IMG/VR virus record: IMGVR_UViG_3300023048_000002 | Coordinates: 1-64,000 of that record | Reading direction: 5' to 3' (one strand) | DNA from: a virus | Taxonomy: Duplodnaviria > Caudoviricetes | Length of the DNA: 64,000 nucleotides | Shown: in pieces, positions 16,891 to 27,179 of the stretch | Position numbering within the stretch: the first letter of the stretch is position 1 | How the letters are laid out: every line of letters starts with the position of its first letter | The notes under the pieces: model-generated | What the model saw: the letters and a program-made list of their open reading frames with translations, nothing else | What the model was told of the DNA's origin: nothing | Databases searched by the model: none | Translations under genes and position numbers: made by a program

Positions 16891-18378
16891 TTGGCAAATC
16901 ATTTCCCTGAGGTATACTGTGTGAGTGCTATATCAGCTAAAAGAGAATTTAATGGAACACTGACGACTCGCCCAGCCCCAAGCTTGGCGAAGTATGATCT
17001 GTGGCTGCAACACAAACTTAATGTATTGTTTCGTGGTAAACGTGGCATTGGTAAGTCTGAAAAAGTAATCAACAAGTGGAATGAATATTATGGTAAAGAC
17101 AATTGGCTTTACTTTTCTGCATCAACTATGGACCCATGGGTTGACCTTATTGGTGCACCCAAAGAAGCCTTTGATGCTGAGACTGGAAAATCATTCCTTA
17201 AGCTCATCCGTCCTGCTGCACTAGAGTTCGGCATGGTTAGGGCAATCATGTTCGATGAATTTAATCGTGCACCAGCAAAGATTCGTAATGCTGTCATGGA
17301 ACTAATTCAGTTCAAGTCTATCAATGGGTTTAAGTTTCCTCATCTTGAAGTGGTTTGGGCTGCTGTTAATCCAGATGATGACGATACCTATGACGTAGAA
17401 CGCATTGACCCAGCACAGCTAGATCGTTTCCAAGTCATTGCTGATCTGCCTTATGATGTTGATGTTGACTGGTTTCGTGATACCTATGGGGATGAGGGTG
17501 TATCCGCATGCAACTGGTGGCGTAGTCAGGATGAAAATATCCGTGAAGAAATCTCTCCACGTCGAATGTCTTATGCTGTCAAGATGTTCTTTGTTGGCGG
17601 TGATCTACATGATATTCTTCCACCACAGGCAAATGTTTCAAGCCTTGTTGAATTGATGACTCGTGGAAGTTTTAAGGATCGTTTATTAAAATTATTCAAA
17701 GATAAGAACAATCAAGAAACACAGAAAGCATTTAATAACCACAATTTCTTTGCAGGAACGATGGAGATTATCAATAGTAGTGATGATTACGTGGATTACT
17801 TCCTCCCATTCATTCCTAAGGATTCACTTGTTAATTTCTATATGGATAGTAATCGTGTTCGCCGTGTGATAAGCGCTCATGACTATAATCTATATCAATC
17901 CATCTTTGAACCACTATTGAATTCAGCAGGATCATTCAAAGCTGACCAGACTGGTATTAAGAATGGTATTGAACGCTGGCGCGAAAAGTGGTTGAGTAAC
18001 GATGGCTTTACTGACAATGATTTCATTGACATGGTTTCCAACACAAAGAAGAACATTGACTACGTAACTAAAGAAGAAAAGTACCGTGATGTGATCAATC
18101 GATTTGGTCTTATTCTTCATGGTAATAATGAATTACAGCAGTCTCAGTATCGTCAGATGTTGGGGCCAATGATGGAGATTCTTCATCATGTCAAACGTGA
18201 CCCAAATTACAAGAACGCTGTTCTTAGCAATATCACCAACATTAAGAATAAATTGAACTATGGTGGCACAGATTTTATGTCTATTTTAAATGTGAATCTA
18301 CCCGGCTTGCGACATATGAAGATTGGGGACTCATTTGATGGACTCGTAGATATTCTAAAAACTAACAAAATAATTTAA
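16891..18378 (+). CDS. MoxR-like AAA+ ATPase
   Basis: GKRGIGKS Walker A, MFDEFNRA Walker B, AAVNP, DPAQLDRF; true start probably GTG 16921. Confidence 0.85.
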   Translation: MANHFPEVYCVSAISAKREFNGTLTTRPAPSLAKYDLWLQHKLNVLFRGKRGIGKSEKVINKWNEYYGKDNWLYFSASTMDPWVDLIGAPKEAFDAETGKSFLKLIRPAALEFGMVRAIMFDEFNRAPAKIRNAVMELIQFKSINGFKFPHLEVVWAAVNPDDDDTYDVERIDPAQLDRFQVIADLPYDVDVDWFRDTYGDEGVSACNWWRSQDENIREEISPRRMSYAVKMFFVGGDLHDILPPQANVSSLVELMTRGSFKDRLLKLFKDKNNQETQKAFNNHNFFAGTMEIINSSDDYVDYFLPFIPKDSLVNFYMDSNRVRRVISAHDYNLYQSIFEPLLNSAGSFKADQTGIKNGIERWREKWLSNDGFTDNDFIDMVSNTKKNIDYVTKEEKYRDVINRFGLILHGNNELQQSQYRQMLGPMMEILHHVKRDPNYKNAVLSNITNIKNKLNYGGTDFMSILNVNLPGLRHMKIGDSFDGLVDILKTNKII

Positions 18379-18387
18379 GAGAAATAT

Positions 18388-18861
18388 ATGGAAACTATTA
18401 AAGGTGATATTACGAAGGAAACTGAAGGTTACATTCTTCATGGAGTTAACTGTCGTGGCGTTATGGGTTCTGGTGTAGCTCTAGCAATCAAAACAAAATG
18501 GCCTAAGATTTATAAAAGGTTCCAAGACATGTTTGCTTCAGTCAAGAGTTTTGGTGAACCTGATGTCTTACTTGGTAGGATTGACACCATCGAAATTTCA
18601 CCTAATAAGCTTTATGTTATTAATGGTTACACACAAAATTTTTATGGGAAAGATGGTAAGCGATATGCTTCAGTCGAAGCTGTTGATAGTGTTCTGAATT
18701 CATCATTCGCAGAAGCCTCACGAGGAAATATAAAATCCCTCAAGACAGTGCGTATTGGTTGTGGCCTTGGTGGTCTGGATTGGGATACTGAAGTTGAACC
18801 ACTTTTCCTAAAGTATGTGGAAAAGTTCCCAAATGTTAAAGTCCAGATATTTGAGTTCTAA
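18388..18861 (+). CDS. macrodomain ADP-ribose-binding/hydrolase (T4 Tk.4-like)
   Basis: KGDIT, HGVNCRGVMGSGVA, RIGCGLGGLDW. Confidence 0.9.
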   Translation: METIKGDITKETEGYILHGVNCRGVMGSGVALAIKTKWPKIYKRFQDMFASVKSFGEPDVLLGRIDTIEISPNKLYVINGYTQNFYGKDGKRYASVEAVDSVLNSSFAEASRGNIKSLKTVRIGCGLGGLDWDTEVEPLFLKYVEKFPNVKVQIFEF

Positions 18862-18893
18862 GAAAATAAATAGAAAACCACTAAGGAGAATGA

Positions 18894-19157
18894 ATGAACA
18901 TTGAGATTTACAGTAAGGATGCATGCGGTCAGTGTATTCAGGCCAAGAGCCTAATCAAGAACAAGGGATGTGAAGATTACAAGGAATACATCCTTGGTAA
19001 GGATGCAAGCCTGCAAGACCTTCAGCTACGTGTTACAGAAGCGAACTCTGATAAGCCTGTACGCTCAGCACCACAGATTTTCATTGATGGTGAGCATATC
19101 GGTGAATACAGGGATTTGGTAGCTTTCTTGGCTACTAATGACGGTTGTTCAGTCTAA
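18894..19157 (+). CDS. glutaredoxin
   Basis: CGQC and SAPQIFIDGEHIG. Confidence 0.85.
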   Translation: MNIEIYSKDACGQCIQAKSLIKNKGCEDYKEYILGKDASLQDLQLRVTEANSDKPVRSAPQIFIDGEHIGEYRDLVAFLATNDGCSV

Positions 19158-19733
19158 ATTAAAATCGAAAAAATCAATTTGAATTTTACCGCCACGATGA
19201 GCGGCATCTAATTTTTCAGACCAAACGGAACTCTTGATATAAGATTCCAGTAAAGCATTATGTACAGGTGCATACCATAACAAGGTTTCACCTGTATTTT
19301 TTTGTCTTAAATTTTCTACCATGACCTTAGCATCATCGTGGTTTAAATGTTCAATGACATTGGTAGAGAATGCTAAGTCACATAGTGGAACCTCATCTAT
19401 TGAAGATGTCAAAATAAGATTAGATGGCTTGGCATCAGATTTAGTGTTCTCATTGAATGCTTCAGCAATGCAAAATGTATTAGGATCGTAACCCACGACC
19501 TTTCCAAATATGCTCGTTAAAAATAATGATGCCCTACCTGTACCACAACCATAGTCTAAGACAGTAAGTTTCTTAGCCTCGGATGGTTTCAAGTCAAACT
19601 TCTGCAAAATGTATAGAGCAATATTCGCACCTCTGGTCACATAAGCAAAATCATTATCAACATATTTGTTAGCGATAGAGCCACGAGGGTTGTTCCAGTG
19701 ATCAAGGTTAAAGGCCATTAAGTTTATTCTCAA
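19149..19733 (-). CDS. class I SAM-dependent methyltransferase
   Basis: VLDYGCGTG; NVIEHL. Confidence 0.85.
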   Translation of the reverse strand: MRINLMAFNLDHWNNPRGSIANKYVDNDFAYVTRGANIALYILQKFDLKPSEAKKLTVLDYGCGTGRASLFLTSIFGKVVGYDPNTFCIAEAFNENTKSDAKPSNLILTSSIDEVPLCDLAFSTNVIEHLNHDDAKVMVENLRQKNTGETLLWYAPVHNALLESYIKSSVWSEKLDAAHRGGKIQIDFFDFNLD

Positions 19734-19799
19734 GTTGAATTATTTAGTGCTTTAACTAGGTTGCTATGATATATTCGCAATCATTTTCGAGGATTATTC

Positions 19800-20174
19800 A
19801 TGTATACATGTTACCTGCTCTCGGATACGGCTCGTGAAACTCTTCTAAAGCTTTATCCACCCAAATACTCAAGAGTTATATGTCACCACATCACCATTCA
19901 ATTTGGGGCTCCTGAAGGAACTCCATTACCTGAAAAGCCAAAGGTAGTTGAAGTCGTTGGTTATGCTAATGATGAAGATGGCCTTGAGGCTTTCACTGTT
20001 CGTGTCGATGGTAAAGATAAACGTCCAGATGGTAAGCTTTACCATATCACCCACTCGCTTAACCCATCAAAGTTTAAGCCAGTGGATTCCAACACCCTTG
20101 TTAATAGTGCAGGTTCGGTTAAGAAGATCGATCCTATCGTTATCAAGGTTCTACCAGACATTCAAAAAGGATAA
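19800..20174 (+). CDS. 2H phosphoesterase (tRNA-ligase cyclic phosphodiesterase-like)
   Basis: Two HxT motifs: HHITIQF and YHITHS; KPVDSN. Confidence 0.7.
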   Translation: MYTCYLLSDTARETLLKLYPPKYSRVICHHITIQFGAPEGTPLPEKPKVVEVVGYANDEDGLEAFTVRVDGKDKRPDGKLYHITHSLNPSKFKPVDSNTLVNSAGSVKKIDPIVIKVLPDIQKG

Positions 20175-20176
20175 TT

Positions 20177-20929
20177 ATGTTAGATTTAGTTTCATTTGTT
20201 GGGGTTGATGAACATACCAACCTTGACGATCTTATTGCATTTGACGAGAAGTATGGACAGGATGAGGTAGGTATCGAGTATGGGTTTCTATTCAGCGTAG
20301 AACGCTCTCAGACAGCCGACAAGCGCTACCCGTCACTCGCCTTCATCGGTGAGTCGGTAGACCGCTTGTCGGGCAGCGTAGCCACGTCTGTGCATCTATG
20401 CGGTGCTGATGCTATTAAGATGTACTTGGATGGTGATCAGAACTTACTTGACTTGTGCATGAATTCACGTATCCAGCTAAACTTTAAGATGGCTGATTAC
20501 GATGAGGACGAATTACTTGAAAAGTTAATTACACGTTCTAAGGATCACAATGCTCCATTAATCTTACAGTCAAACAAGTCAAAGAAGAATTTCATTGACA
20601 GGTTACTTGAAAAGGCGAATCTATCATTTTTTGATGATGAATCTGATCTTAATATCAATGTTCTATATGATGGTTCAGGCGGTTTTGGTCGTGAGATTGA
20701 AAACGTAGAATCGGTGTTTCCTTTCTTCTTTACTGGTTATGCCGGTGGTCTCAAGCCTTCCAACATCTTCAAGGTTCTAGAATTGATCGAATCGGTTAAC
20801 CACTTTGTGACTCCATATTACATTGACATGGAGTCAGGAGTTAGAGAAGATGATATATTCTCGTTATCAAAATGCGAGGCGGTAATGGAAGAAGTTTTAG
20901 CGTTTCAAAAAGCGAAAGGCTACGTGTGA
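20177..20929 (+). CDS. phosphoribosylanthranilate-isomerase-like TIM-barrel protein
   Basis: SVHLCG, LYDGSGGFG, GYAGGL, IDMESGVR. Confidence 0.7.
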   Translation: MLDLVSFVGVDEHTNLDDLIAFDEKYGQDEVGIEYGFLFSVERSQTADKRYPSLAFIGESVDRLSGSVATSVHLCGADAIKMYLDGDQNLLDLCMNSRIQLNFKMADYDEDELLEKLITRSKDHNAPLILQSNKSKKNFIDRLLEKANLSFFDDESDLNINVLYDGSGGFGREIENVESVFPFFFTGYAGGLKPSNIFKVLELIESVNHFVTPYYIDMESGVREDDIFSLSKCEAVMEEVLAFQKAKGYV

Positions 20930-20962
20930 AAAAAGCCAAGGGTTAAACCCTTGGCTTTTCTT
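20930..20962. terminator. intrinsic terminator
   Basis: GCCAAGGG-TTAAA-CCCTTGGC followed by T tract. Confidence 0.8.
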
Positions 20963-21019
20963 TTATAACATTATCCATTTCTACGACTAAATAAGTATAA
21001 ATAATTGAGGAAATTTTTT

Positions 21020-21196
21020 ATGCTTAATACAAACCAGCAAGTCAAATATCGTGTTGTTCTAGATGGTCGCACACTAAGCGAGCATTCTAATAAAGTTTTA
21101 GCCGAAGCTCAGATTTTCTCCCTAGGAGATGATGCAAGAAGCAAGGCTCAAATAGTTCCAGTGATGGAAGATGGTCGTCAGTTTTTACTAGGATAA
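21020..21196 (+). CDS. conserved phage hypothetical protein (C-terminal DGRQFLLG)
   Basis: GAGG RBS before the ATG at 21020. Confidence 0.6.
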   Translation: MLNTNQQVKYRVVLDGRTLSEHSNKVLAEAQIFSLGDDARSKAQIVPVMEDGRQFLLG

Positions 21197-21222
21197 ATTT
21201 ATAAAAGGAGCGTAGTACCAAA

Positions 21223-21426
21223 ATGCGTAATCTAAATCGTGAGAGTTTCTTTGAACTCTTGAAAGAAAAGATGACTGAGGTCGGTGAACTTTTCATTGAA
21301 CACGATGTCCCCAATTTCGAATATTATAATGAGGAAGAGGATGACGCGGAGATTGAAGACGACGAGATTAAAAGAATTGTCGAAATCTTCAGAGATGCAA
21401 ACGATGTAGTCGAGAGAAATCTCTAA
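21223..21426 (+). CDS. acidic hypothetical protein
   Basis: AAGGAG RBS. Confidence 0.55.
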   Translation: MRNLNRESFFELLKEKMTEVGELFIEHDVPNFEYYNEEEDDAEIEDDEIKRIVEIFRDANDVVERNL

Positions 21427-21459
21427 AAAAGAAGGCCGGGGAGCAATTCCCCGGCCTTT
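21427..21459. terminator. bidirectional terminator between convergent genes
   Basis: AAGGCCGGGGA-GCAAT-TCCCCGGCCTT. Confidence 0.8.
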
Positions 21460-21710
21460 TACTTGTCTAAGATAGACAGTCCGATCATGATCGCTTCATC
21501 AACACGGCTCAAGGCATTATCCATGTCGATAGATTTATCTTTAGAGAAATCGTAGTCGAAATCACGCTTAGGCACCACAAAGTCACGGCCTTCACGTAGA
21601 ACTCTTTTAAATGATTTCACGCCTAACTCAAGGTCAACGCTTATGTCCTCTTTATCTTTAATCTGATTGTAGAACTCAAACAGTCGGCTTTGCCAGTAAT
21701 GGGTAGTCAT
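21459..21710 (-). CDS. hypothetical protein
   Basis: ORF with its own promoter-like region. Confidence 0.6.
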   Translation of the reverse strand: MTTHYWQSRLFEFYNQIKDKEDISVDLELGVKSFKRVLREGRDFVVPKRDFDYDFSKDKSIDMDNALSRVDEAIMIGLSILDK

Positions 21711-21847
21711 AGGAGTGTCCTCTATGAACAGACTATAGCATTAGTCCTAATCCATTACAAGCGCCTCTTTATCCTAAAACTATTAGCTTGATTAACACCT
21801 AACAAATATCTACAATCACATCCTAAGAATACTAAGGTGAAAAAGAA

Positions 21848-22375
21848 ATGAAGACAGGATATAAGATCGCGATAGACATGGATGGTGTGTTATCAGACTT
21901 CTCCCGTAAGGTGGCTGAGATTCTTCAGGTCGCTCCGGTGGAATCTTTAGCATTAATGGAAAAGGTGGATGAAGCTTCCCTAGATAAGCGCAAGATGTGG
22001 GGTGCCATCAACAGATACGATGCCCATACTCCATTCTTTTATTCTTTGGAGAAAATGCGTGATGCTGATGACCTGATGGGTTGGGTGGTTCGCCACTTCG
22101 ATCATGAGGACATCTTTATCCTGACAGCTTCTGGTCATAGTCCTAAGGATGCTCCTGCACAGAAGCGTCGTTGGATTCGAAAGCATATCGGTGACTATCG
22201 TGTTGAAGTAGTTACAAAGAGTAGTGAGAAGGCAGAATTCGCAACGCCAACCACTATTCTTGTTGATGACCGAGCGAAGTCAATCGATCCATGGTTGGAG
22301 GCTGGTGGAATTGGTGTTCTACATACAGATTCCACATCAACTATTAACGCTCTGAAAGAACTTCTAGAACTATAA
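21848..22375 (+). CDS. HAD-family 5'(3')-deoxyribonucleotidase
   Basis: DMDGVLSDF, ILTA, QKRRW, ILVDDR, AGGIGVLH. Confidence 0.85.
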   Translation: MKTGYKIAIDMDGVLSDFSRKVAEILQVAPVESLALMEKVDEASLDKRKMWGAINRYDAHTPFFYSLEKMRDADDLMGWVVRHFDHEDIFILTASGHSPKDAPAQKRRWIRKHIGDYRVEVVTKSSEKAEFATPTTILVDDRAKSIDPWLEAGGIGVLHTDSTSTINALKELLEL

Positions 22376-22403
22376 AAAAAGCCCGCGAAAGCGGGCTTTT
22401 TCT

Positions 22404-24512
22404 TTATGAACATGGACTGTAGTTGCCCTGTGCACCTGTTGCTGCTCTATCCAACTCGATCTGACCCGGAATGTTGATCTGATGTCCGGTAACGTTGTCG
22501 GTAATGATAACGTTGAAGTAGAACAAGTACTGATAGTCGCCCTGTGTGGTACAACCAGCCATACCGAAGAATGGCCCGAAACCACCGTAGTAACTGTTAA
22601 AGAATAGCTGCTTGTCACCAAGGCTGTTCCAGTTACCACCACCTGAGTTGAAGCAGACAACTGCATTACCACAGTACGAAGAAATTGTTGTCTGTGCTGC
22701 TGCTGTTGCCTGAACTAGACCGACTGATGCCAATCCATTAGGTAGGTTGGTTGAACGTGAACATCCCAATCTAATATTAGTTAGGGTTACACTGTAATTA
22801 CCTGAACCACCAGTTGGGAAGATAATAGGCATGTTGGTGTGATCATTATTATCTTCGATCTGTGGTGGACGTGATGATGGAGTGTAGCAACCATTCTGGA
22901 CGTTTGAACAGTTGATGACATTGGTTGAACCAGCATCAACAGCAAATGCAGCACCACGATACAAGTCATTGAACTTACCAGCAGTGGTTGAAATTCTCAA
23001 TGTACCAACTGCACCGAAGTCATGTAGGTAAACTGATGAACGTGGGTCACCATCTACGATTCTATAACCCAATGCTGGGTATAGTGTCATGGTAGGTGTT
23101 ACTGAAGGAACTGGTGTTCTTGACGGTGTTGGGCTTGGTGTAGCTGAAGCTGTCATAGAAGGCGTCAAGGAGGCCGTGATTGATGCTGTAGGTGTGATGG
23201 TGCGGGTTACAGTAGGAGTCATCGTAGCGGTCACTGTAGGCGTTACAGTAGGTGTAATTGTTCTAGTTACCGTAGGCGTAATTGTTCTGGTCAACGTAGG
23301 TGTAATTGTCAACGTAGGTGTAATGGTTACCGTAGCCGTCATGGTTGGAGTAAAGGTTGGGGTTGGTGTAGGTGAAGGAGTTGGGGTAATGGATGGCTTA
23401 TAACCGCCCATAATAACCAGCTTTTCAGAAAAGTTAACCGATAAATTCTGCTCTTGTGGAGTCTTGCACTTTGTATCAGATAGATAAGTTGCAGCATCCA
23501 AATGAACCTGCAAAATCAAGTCACCCTGATTTGTTGAGTTGGACTGTAACGCATTTCTAATCCAGACATTTGTCTTATCTGTTAAGTAATCATAATCACT
23601 ATCAACAACAATGTATTTTCCATTATTAATGGCAACGTTATTTGTTATCTCTACCACACGGTTTTGAATGTAACCTGTCTTGATAAGGATAGAAGTTGGT
23701 GTAGTCTCTGTAGCAAATTTTTTAACTGATTCGTTCACTGTAAGAATAGTGTCAGCACCATTGAACACGGCATTGGTCACTGTGTACAAACCATTGTTTA
23801 TACTTGAAGAGGCTAGAAGAATGTAGCCCATATCATTGATAGCCATTTTCTCGGCTACAATAATAGTTGTTAGGTTGGATGCCTGAGTATAGGTTGCAGA
23901 TACAACGGTATACTTCTTATCGTTCATCTTTGTGCCATAGATTTCAAATGTTCTCTTGGCAATGAACTGTTGAGCATAATTACCAGTTAAGCTGATGGAG
24001 TTAACTGAGTTAATCAAATATGGAATCGTGTTGTAAGGCACGATAAAGAAAATAGGTTGTGTGGTGAAGAACGCAGACTTATCACCAGATACAGATAATG
24101 TAGTGGATGAAAGAATTCTTTTAATCTGGAATGTATTATCATACGAATGGTTCCCACTAACAGTAATTAAACCTTCGGCTGCTGAAATCGAAGAGATTGG
24201 GGCATCTGTTGTAGGTGAAAGGTTTTCAAAGGTGGAATCATCTGCTGTGCAGGTTCCTAGGTGGCAACATTCAGTTGAGTCAAAACCACAGACTTCATCA
24301 TCCCATTCCACACCGAATCCAACAGGACGGCATAGGGGATCAGTTGACCAGTTAATCTTGGCATGGAAACTTTCATTAAAATCTACAACAAGATTATCAG
24401 TGAAATTGTATTTCTCTACAACTTCAAGAATCTTGGAGTGGTACGGCTTTACGTCTTGAAAGTACTCGATGAATGCGTCTATGGGACGCTTTTTGACAAT
24501 GGTATCAGCCAT
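22404..24512 (-). CDS. virion structural protein with Thr/Pro-rich linker (baseplate/fibre-associated)
   Basis: Late promoter upstream; N-terminal [13 protein letters not shown]; beta-rich repeats; PT linker; Cys/Gly-rich C-terminal domain. Confidence 0.6.
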   Translation of the reverse strand: MADTIVKKRPIDAFIEYFQDVKPYHSKILEVVEKYNFTDNLVVDFNESFHAKINWSTDPLCRPVGFGVEWDDEVCGFDSTECCHLGTCTADDSTFENLSPTTDAPISSISAAEGLITVSGNHSYDNTFQIKRILSSTTLSVSGDKSAFFTTQPIFFIVPYNTIPYLINSVNSISLTGNYAQQFIAKRTFEIYGTKMNDKKYTVVSATYTQASNLTTIIVAEKMAINDMGYILLASSSINNGLYTVTNAVFNGADTILTVNESVKKFATETTPTSILIKTGYIQNRVVEITNNVAINNGKYIVVDSDYDYLTDKTNVWIRNALQSNSTNQGDLILQVHLDAATYLSDTKCKTPQEQNLSVNFSEKLVIMGGYKPSITPTPSPTPTPTFTPTMTATVTITPTLTITPTLTRTITPTVTRTITPTVTPTVTATMTPTVTRTITPTASITASLTPSMTASATPSPTPSRTPVPSVTPTMTLYPALGYRIVDGDPRSSVYLHDFGAVGTLRISTTAGKFNDLYRGAAFAVDAGSTNVINCSNVQNGCYTPSSRPPQIEDNNDHTNMPIIFPTGGSGNYSVTLTNIRLGCSRSTNLPNGLASVGLVQATAAAQTTISSYCGNAVVCFNSGGGNWNSLGDKQLFFNSYYGGFGPFFGMAGCTTQGDYQYLFYFNVIITDNVTGHQINIPGQIELDRAATGAQGNYSPCS
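23090..23398 (-). repeat. Thr/Pro low-complexity peptide repeat (TPTxT)
   Basis: About 100 aa of TPT(V/L/I)T units, degenerate at the DNA level. Confidence 0.9.
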
Positions 24513-24556
24513 GGGATAATAGTTTCTTCACGTTAATCGAAACTATTTATAGCTTG

Positions 24557-24745
24557 TTAAACCAATTTTTCTACTTCAATTAGTTCTTCTAATTCAACAA
24601 TTAGAGAATCGAGAGAGTTATCTATTACATGGAGGATAGTACGAATGGCTCTATCATCGATATCTTGGATATCTACAAGAGATAGAGCATGCTCGATACC
24701 GTCTTCATTAATGGTATCGAGTAGTTCCTGATAGGATAAACTCAT
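24557..24745 (-). CDS. hypothetical protein
   Basis: ORF. Confidence 0.55.
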   Translation of the reverse strand: MSLSYQELLDTINEDGIEHALSLVDIQDIDDRAIRTILHVIDNSLDSLIVELEELIEVEKLV

Positions 24746-24921
24746 TGTGAGAGTTTAGCACCTAGGGTAGCAAACATTTCTTCGCGGATGCATGAATGAC
24801 ACTCATGATGAATCGTTCTTTGCTGTTCTGCTAGCAAGGTTAAACGAATAATAGTAGCATTTATATCTTCTATAGGACAGTCATGTTTCATTGAATTTTT
24901 ATCGGAAACAAGTCTCTTCAT
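24742..24921 (-). CDS. 59-aa hypothetical protein (not in ORF track)
   Basis: MKRLVSDKNS...HHECHSC...; ATGA overlap with the next gene. Confidence 0.45.
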   Translation of the reverse strand: MKRLVSDKNSMKHDCPIEDINATIIRLTLLAEQQRTIHHECHSCIREEMFATLGAKLSQ

Positions 24922-24951
24922 CGTATCTTCACCTTATCATTACGGGTACAT

Positions 24952-26004
24952 TTATTTATTGATGAACCCGTTTAAACTTAGAAATATTTTAGCATCATGT
25001 GCCCCATAGATATTTGATGCTACCTGATTCAAGGTGTAGAGTTTTCCGTACTTACGGATAGCATCATCAATGTCTTTACATGAGCTACCGATATCTGGAA
25101 CTGCAATCGACCAACCCAACTTTGCACACTGGTCAATGACCTTAGTGGAGTCGGATTTTTTATCGGGAACGAAGACCTTGCGACGTGGACTCTTTCTAAG
25201 AAGTTCAATCTGACCTTCAGTCAAGGCGTTTTCCTGAATGCTTACACCCTTAAGATGATAGGCATCAAAATACCCTTCAGTGAAGTACAGTGGACTATCA
25301 CCATTTAAAGATAGACGATCCATGCCATATACAATGTTTGAGCGAGGTACATCAGCATTTAGGTACTTCATCTTAGACTTGATTTCTTCGTTACGATCAA
25401 GCGCACGACCCTGATAGTAAATCATGTTCCCATCCTTATCAAAGAATGGAATGATTAAACGATTCATCAAAGCTTTTGCCACAGCCTCAGATTTGGGACC
25501 ACCCTTAGTCCTTCCATTGCTCAAATAGAATACTTGTGAGTTAGGATCAACATTACGATAAGCCAACTCTTCCAATGCCTTCTTTGCGATGACATTTTCA
25601 TCAGAGGCATCAGATAGCTTATAGAAGAAATCAGGCACCTCCATGGTATGGATTTCAAACTTCTTCTTTTCGGGCACAGAAAACTTATTCCCACCTTCTT
25701 CAAGAAAGCGTTTCTTATAGGCTACTGCATAGTATTCTTTTTCAGGAAGACCAAAGGAATCAAAAATCTGCTTCATATCCTTGCTGAAAGGATATTCACG
25801 ATCCGGGTCAAAAGTTCCCTTAATGCCACAGTTAAAGCAATGATAGGCGCACTTGTCACCGTCAAAACGAAATCCACCGCGTGGACCTTTGGTTCGACTA
25901 CCATCACCACAATCTTCACAGTATGTCTTGTTCCAGCTATTACCAACGGGACCAATGAAAGCCACATACTGCTGAAGTAAATCTTGAATGGAATTATCGA
26001 ACAT
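24952..26004 (-). CDS. DNA primase (T4 gp61-like)
   Basis: CxxC...YHCFNCG zinc finger, RLIIPF, YQGR, TEGYFD TOPRIM, PD, KDIDD. Confidence 0.9.
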   Translation of the reverse strand: MFDNSIQDLLQQYVAFIGPVGNSWNKTYCEDCGDGSRTKGPRGGFRFDGDKCAYHCFNCGIKGTFDPDREYPFSKDMKQIFDSFGLPEKEYYAVAYKKRFLEEGGNKFSVPEKKKFEIHTMEVPDFFYKLSDASDENVIAKKALEELAYRNVDPNSQVFYLSNGRTKGGPKSEAVAKALMNRLIIPFFDKDGNMIYYQGRALDRNEEIKSKMKYLNADVPRSNIVYGMDRLSLNGDSPLYFTEGYFDAYHLKGVSIQENALTEGQIELLRKSPRRKVFVPDKKSDSTKVIDQCAKLGWSIAVPDIGSSCKDIDDAIRKYGKLYTLNQVASNIYGAHDAKIFLSLNGFINK

Positions 26005-26036
26005 AATAAAAAGCCCTCTTGCGAGGGCTTAATTTA

Positions 26037-26831
26037 TCACTTTACAGCTTTAGGAGCAACCTTTTTCTTAGGTTTTACTTTAGTTGGAGAAGGTAATTCT
26101 TCTACCTCTTCTACGTCAGATATATCATCTTCATCACCGTCCTGTTGTGCTGCTAATACTTCTAACATTTCTGCTAGACCAGCATCAACCTTTGGCTGCT
26201 GATTCAAATCAATTAGTTTATCTTTTACACGTTCAACAACTTCAGTACTCTTCATCCAGATATCTCTACCATCAAGGACGGAAGCAATTTCTTCTTCTGT
26301 TAAGAATCCACCATAGATGCTATCAGCAAAGTCCTTAAAGAATGATTCTGTATGTCTAACCTGCTGCTGAATTTCATTACCCTTACCACCAAGCCACTGT
26401 GAGTAGTTGTGGATCATAAAGGAACTGTTTGGGGCAACCATGTGATGTTGACCAGCCAAGAAAATCATTGTACCTGCTGAGCAAACTTCACCTTCCAAAC
26501 TGGTGATGATTACTGCTCTTGATGTACGAATAGCATTGATGATCTGAACCGCAGTATACAAGTTACCACCACGAGTATTCAAGTGAATAAAGATCGTGTC
26601 ATGCTCTTCTGCTGTTCTGATTGTGTGTAGCATGTTTAGATAGAACTTAGGTTCACCAATATCTTCTACAAGATAGAAGCTATGATTGTTCACCGTAAAT
26701 GACTGTCTAAAATGTTTAACTGTTTTTTCAGACTGTGGCATAAAGTCTAATGAGAATAATTCGTCCATACCGTTGTTTTGCATGTCGCTCTTGTTATTAT
26801 AATTTTTACGATTCATTGATATGTGTTTCAT
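26037..26831 (-). CDS. ClpP-like ATP-dependent protease subunit
   Basis: HLNTRGG, VCSAGT (catalytic Ser), FMIHN (catalytic His). Confidence 0.85.
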   Translation of the reverse strand: MKHISMNRKNYNNKSDMQNNGMDELFSLDFMPQSEKTVKHFRQSFTVNNHSFYLVEDIGEPKFYLNMLHTIRTAEEHDTIFIHLNTRGGNLYTAVQIINAIRTSRAVIITSLEGEVCSAGTMIFLAGQHHMVAPNSSFMIHNYSQWLGGKGNEIQQQVRHTESFFKDFADSIYGGFLTEEEIASVLDGRDIWMKSTEVVERVKDKLIDLNQQPKVDAGLAEMLEVLAAQQDGDEDDISDVEEVEELPSPTKVKPKKKVAPKAVK

Positions 26832-26894
26832 TGATATGCCTATAGTTATTATAAAAAAGGTCTTGACCCATAAGAGTCAAGACCTTTGATTTTG

Positions 26895-27092
26895 TTACTG
26901 AACCGCAGTTGGTGTAACTTCAACGGCTGGTGTTGAGGCTGGGACGGTGACCTGTGGGACTACAACATCGTCTGTCTTCTTGGCAAACTTCGCCTTCAAA
27001 GATTTTACCCAAGCAAGAAGCTTAGGAAGAGTAACGACACCTAGACCAGCAAGTACAACGCCTACAGCGACACCAAATAGAATGTTAAACAT
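26895..27092 (-). CDS. small membrane protein
   Basis: MFNILFGVAVGVVLAG...; GGAGG RBS. Confidence 0.55.
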   Translation of the reverse strand: MFNILFGVAVGVVLAGLGVVTLPKLLAWVKSLKAKFAKKTDDVVVPQVTVPASTPAVEVTPTAVQ

Positions 27093-27179
27093 ATTTTGTA
27101 TCCTCCTGTACAATCTATTTATTGATTGTGGAAATACAAAATAAAAAAGCCGATACATTTCTGTATCGGCTTCTTCACA

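Noticed and set aside
23089-23403. Plus-strand Val/Gly-rich ORF (likewise 50386..50727)
   Set aside because: Antisense shadows of low-complexity Thr/Pro and Ser repeats.
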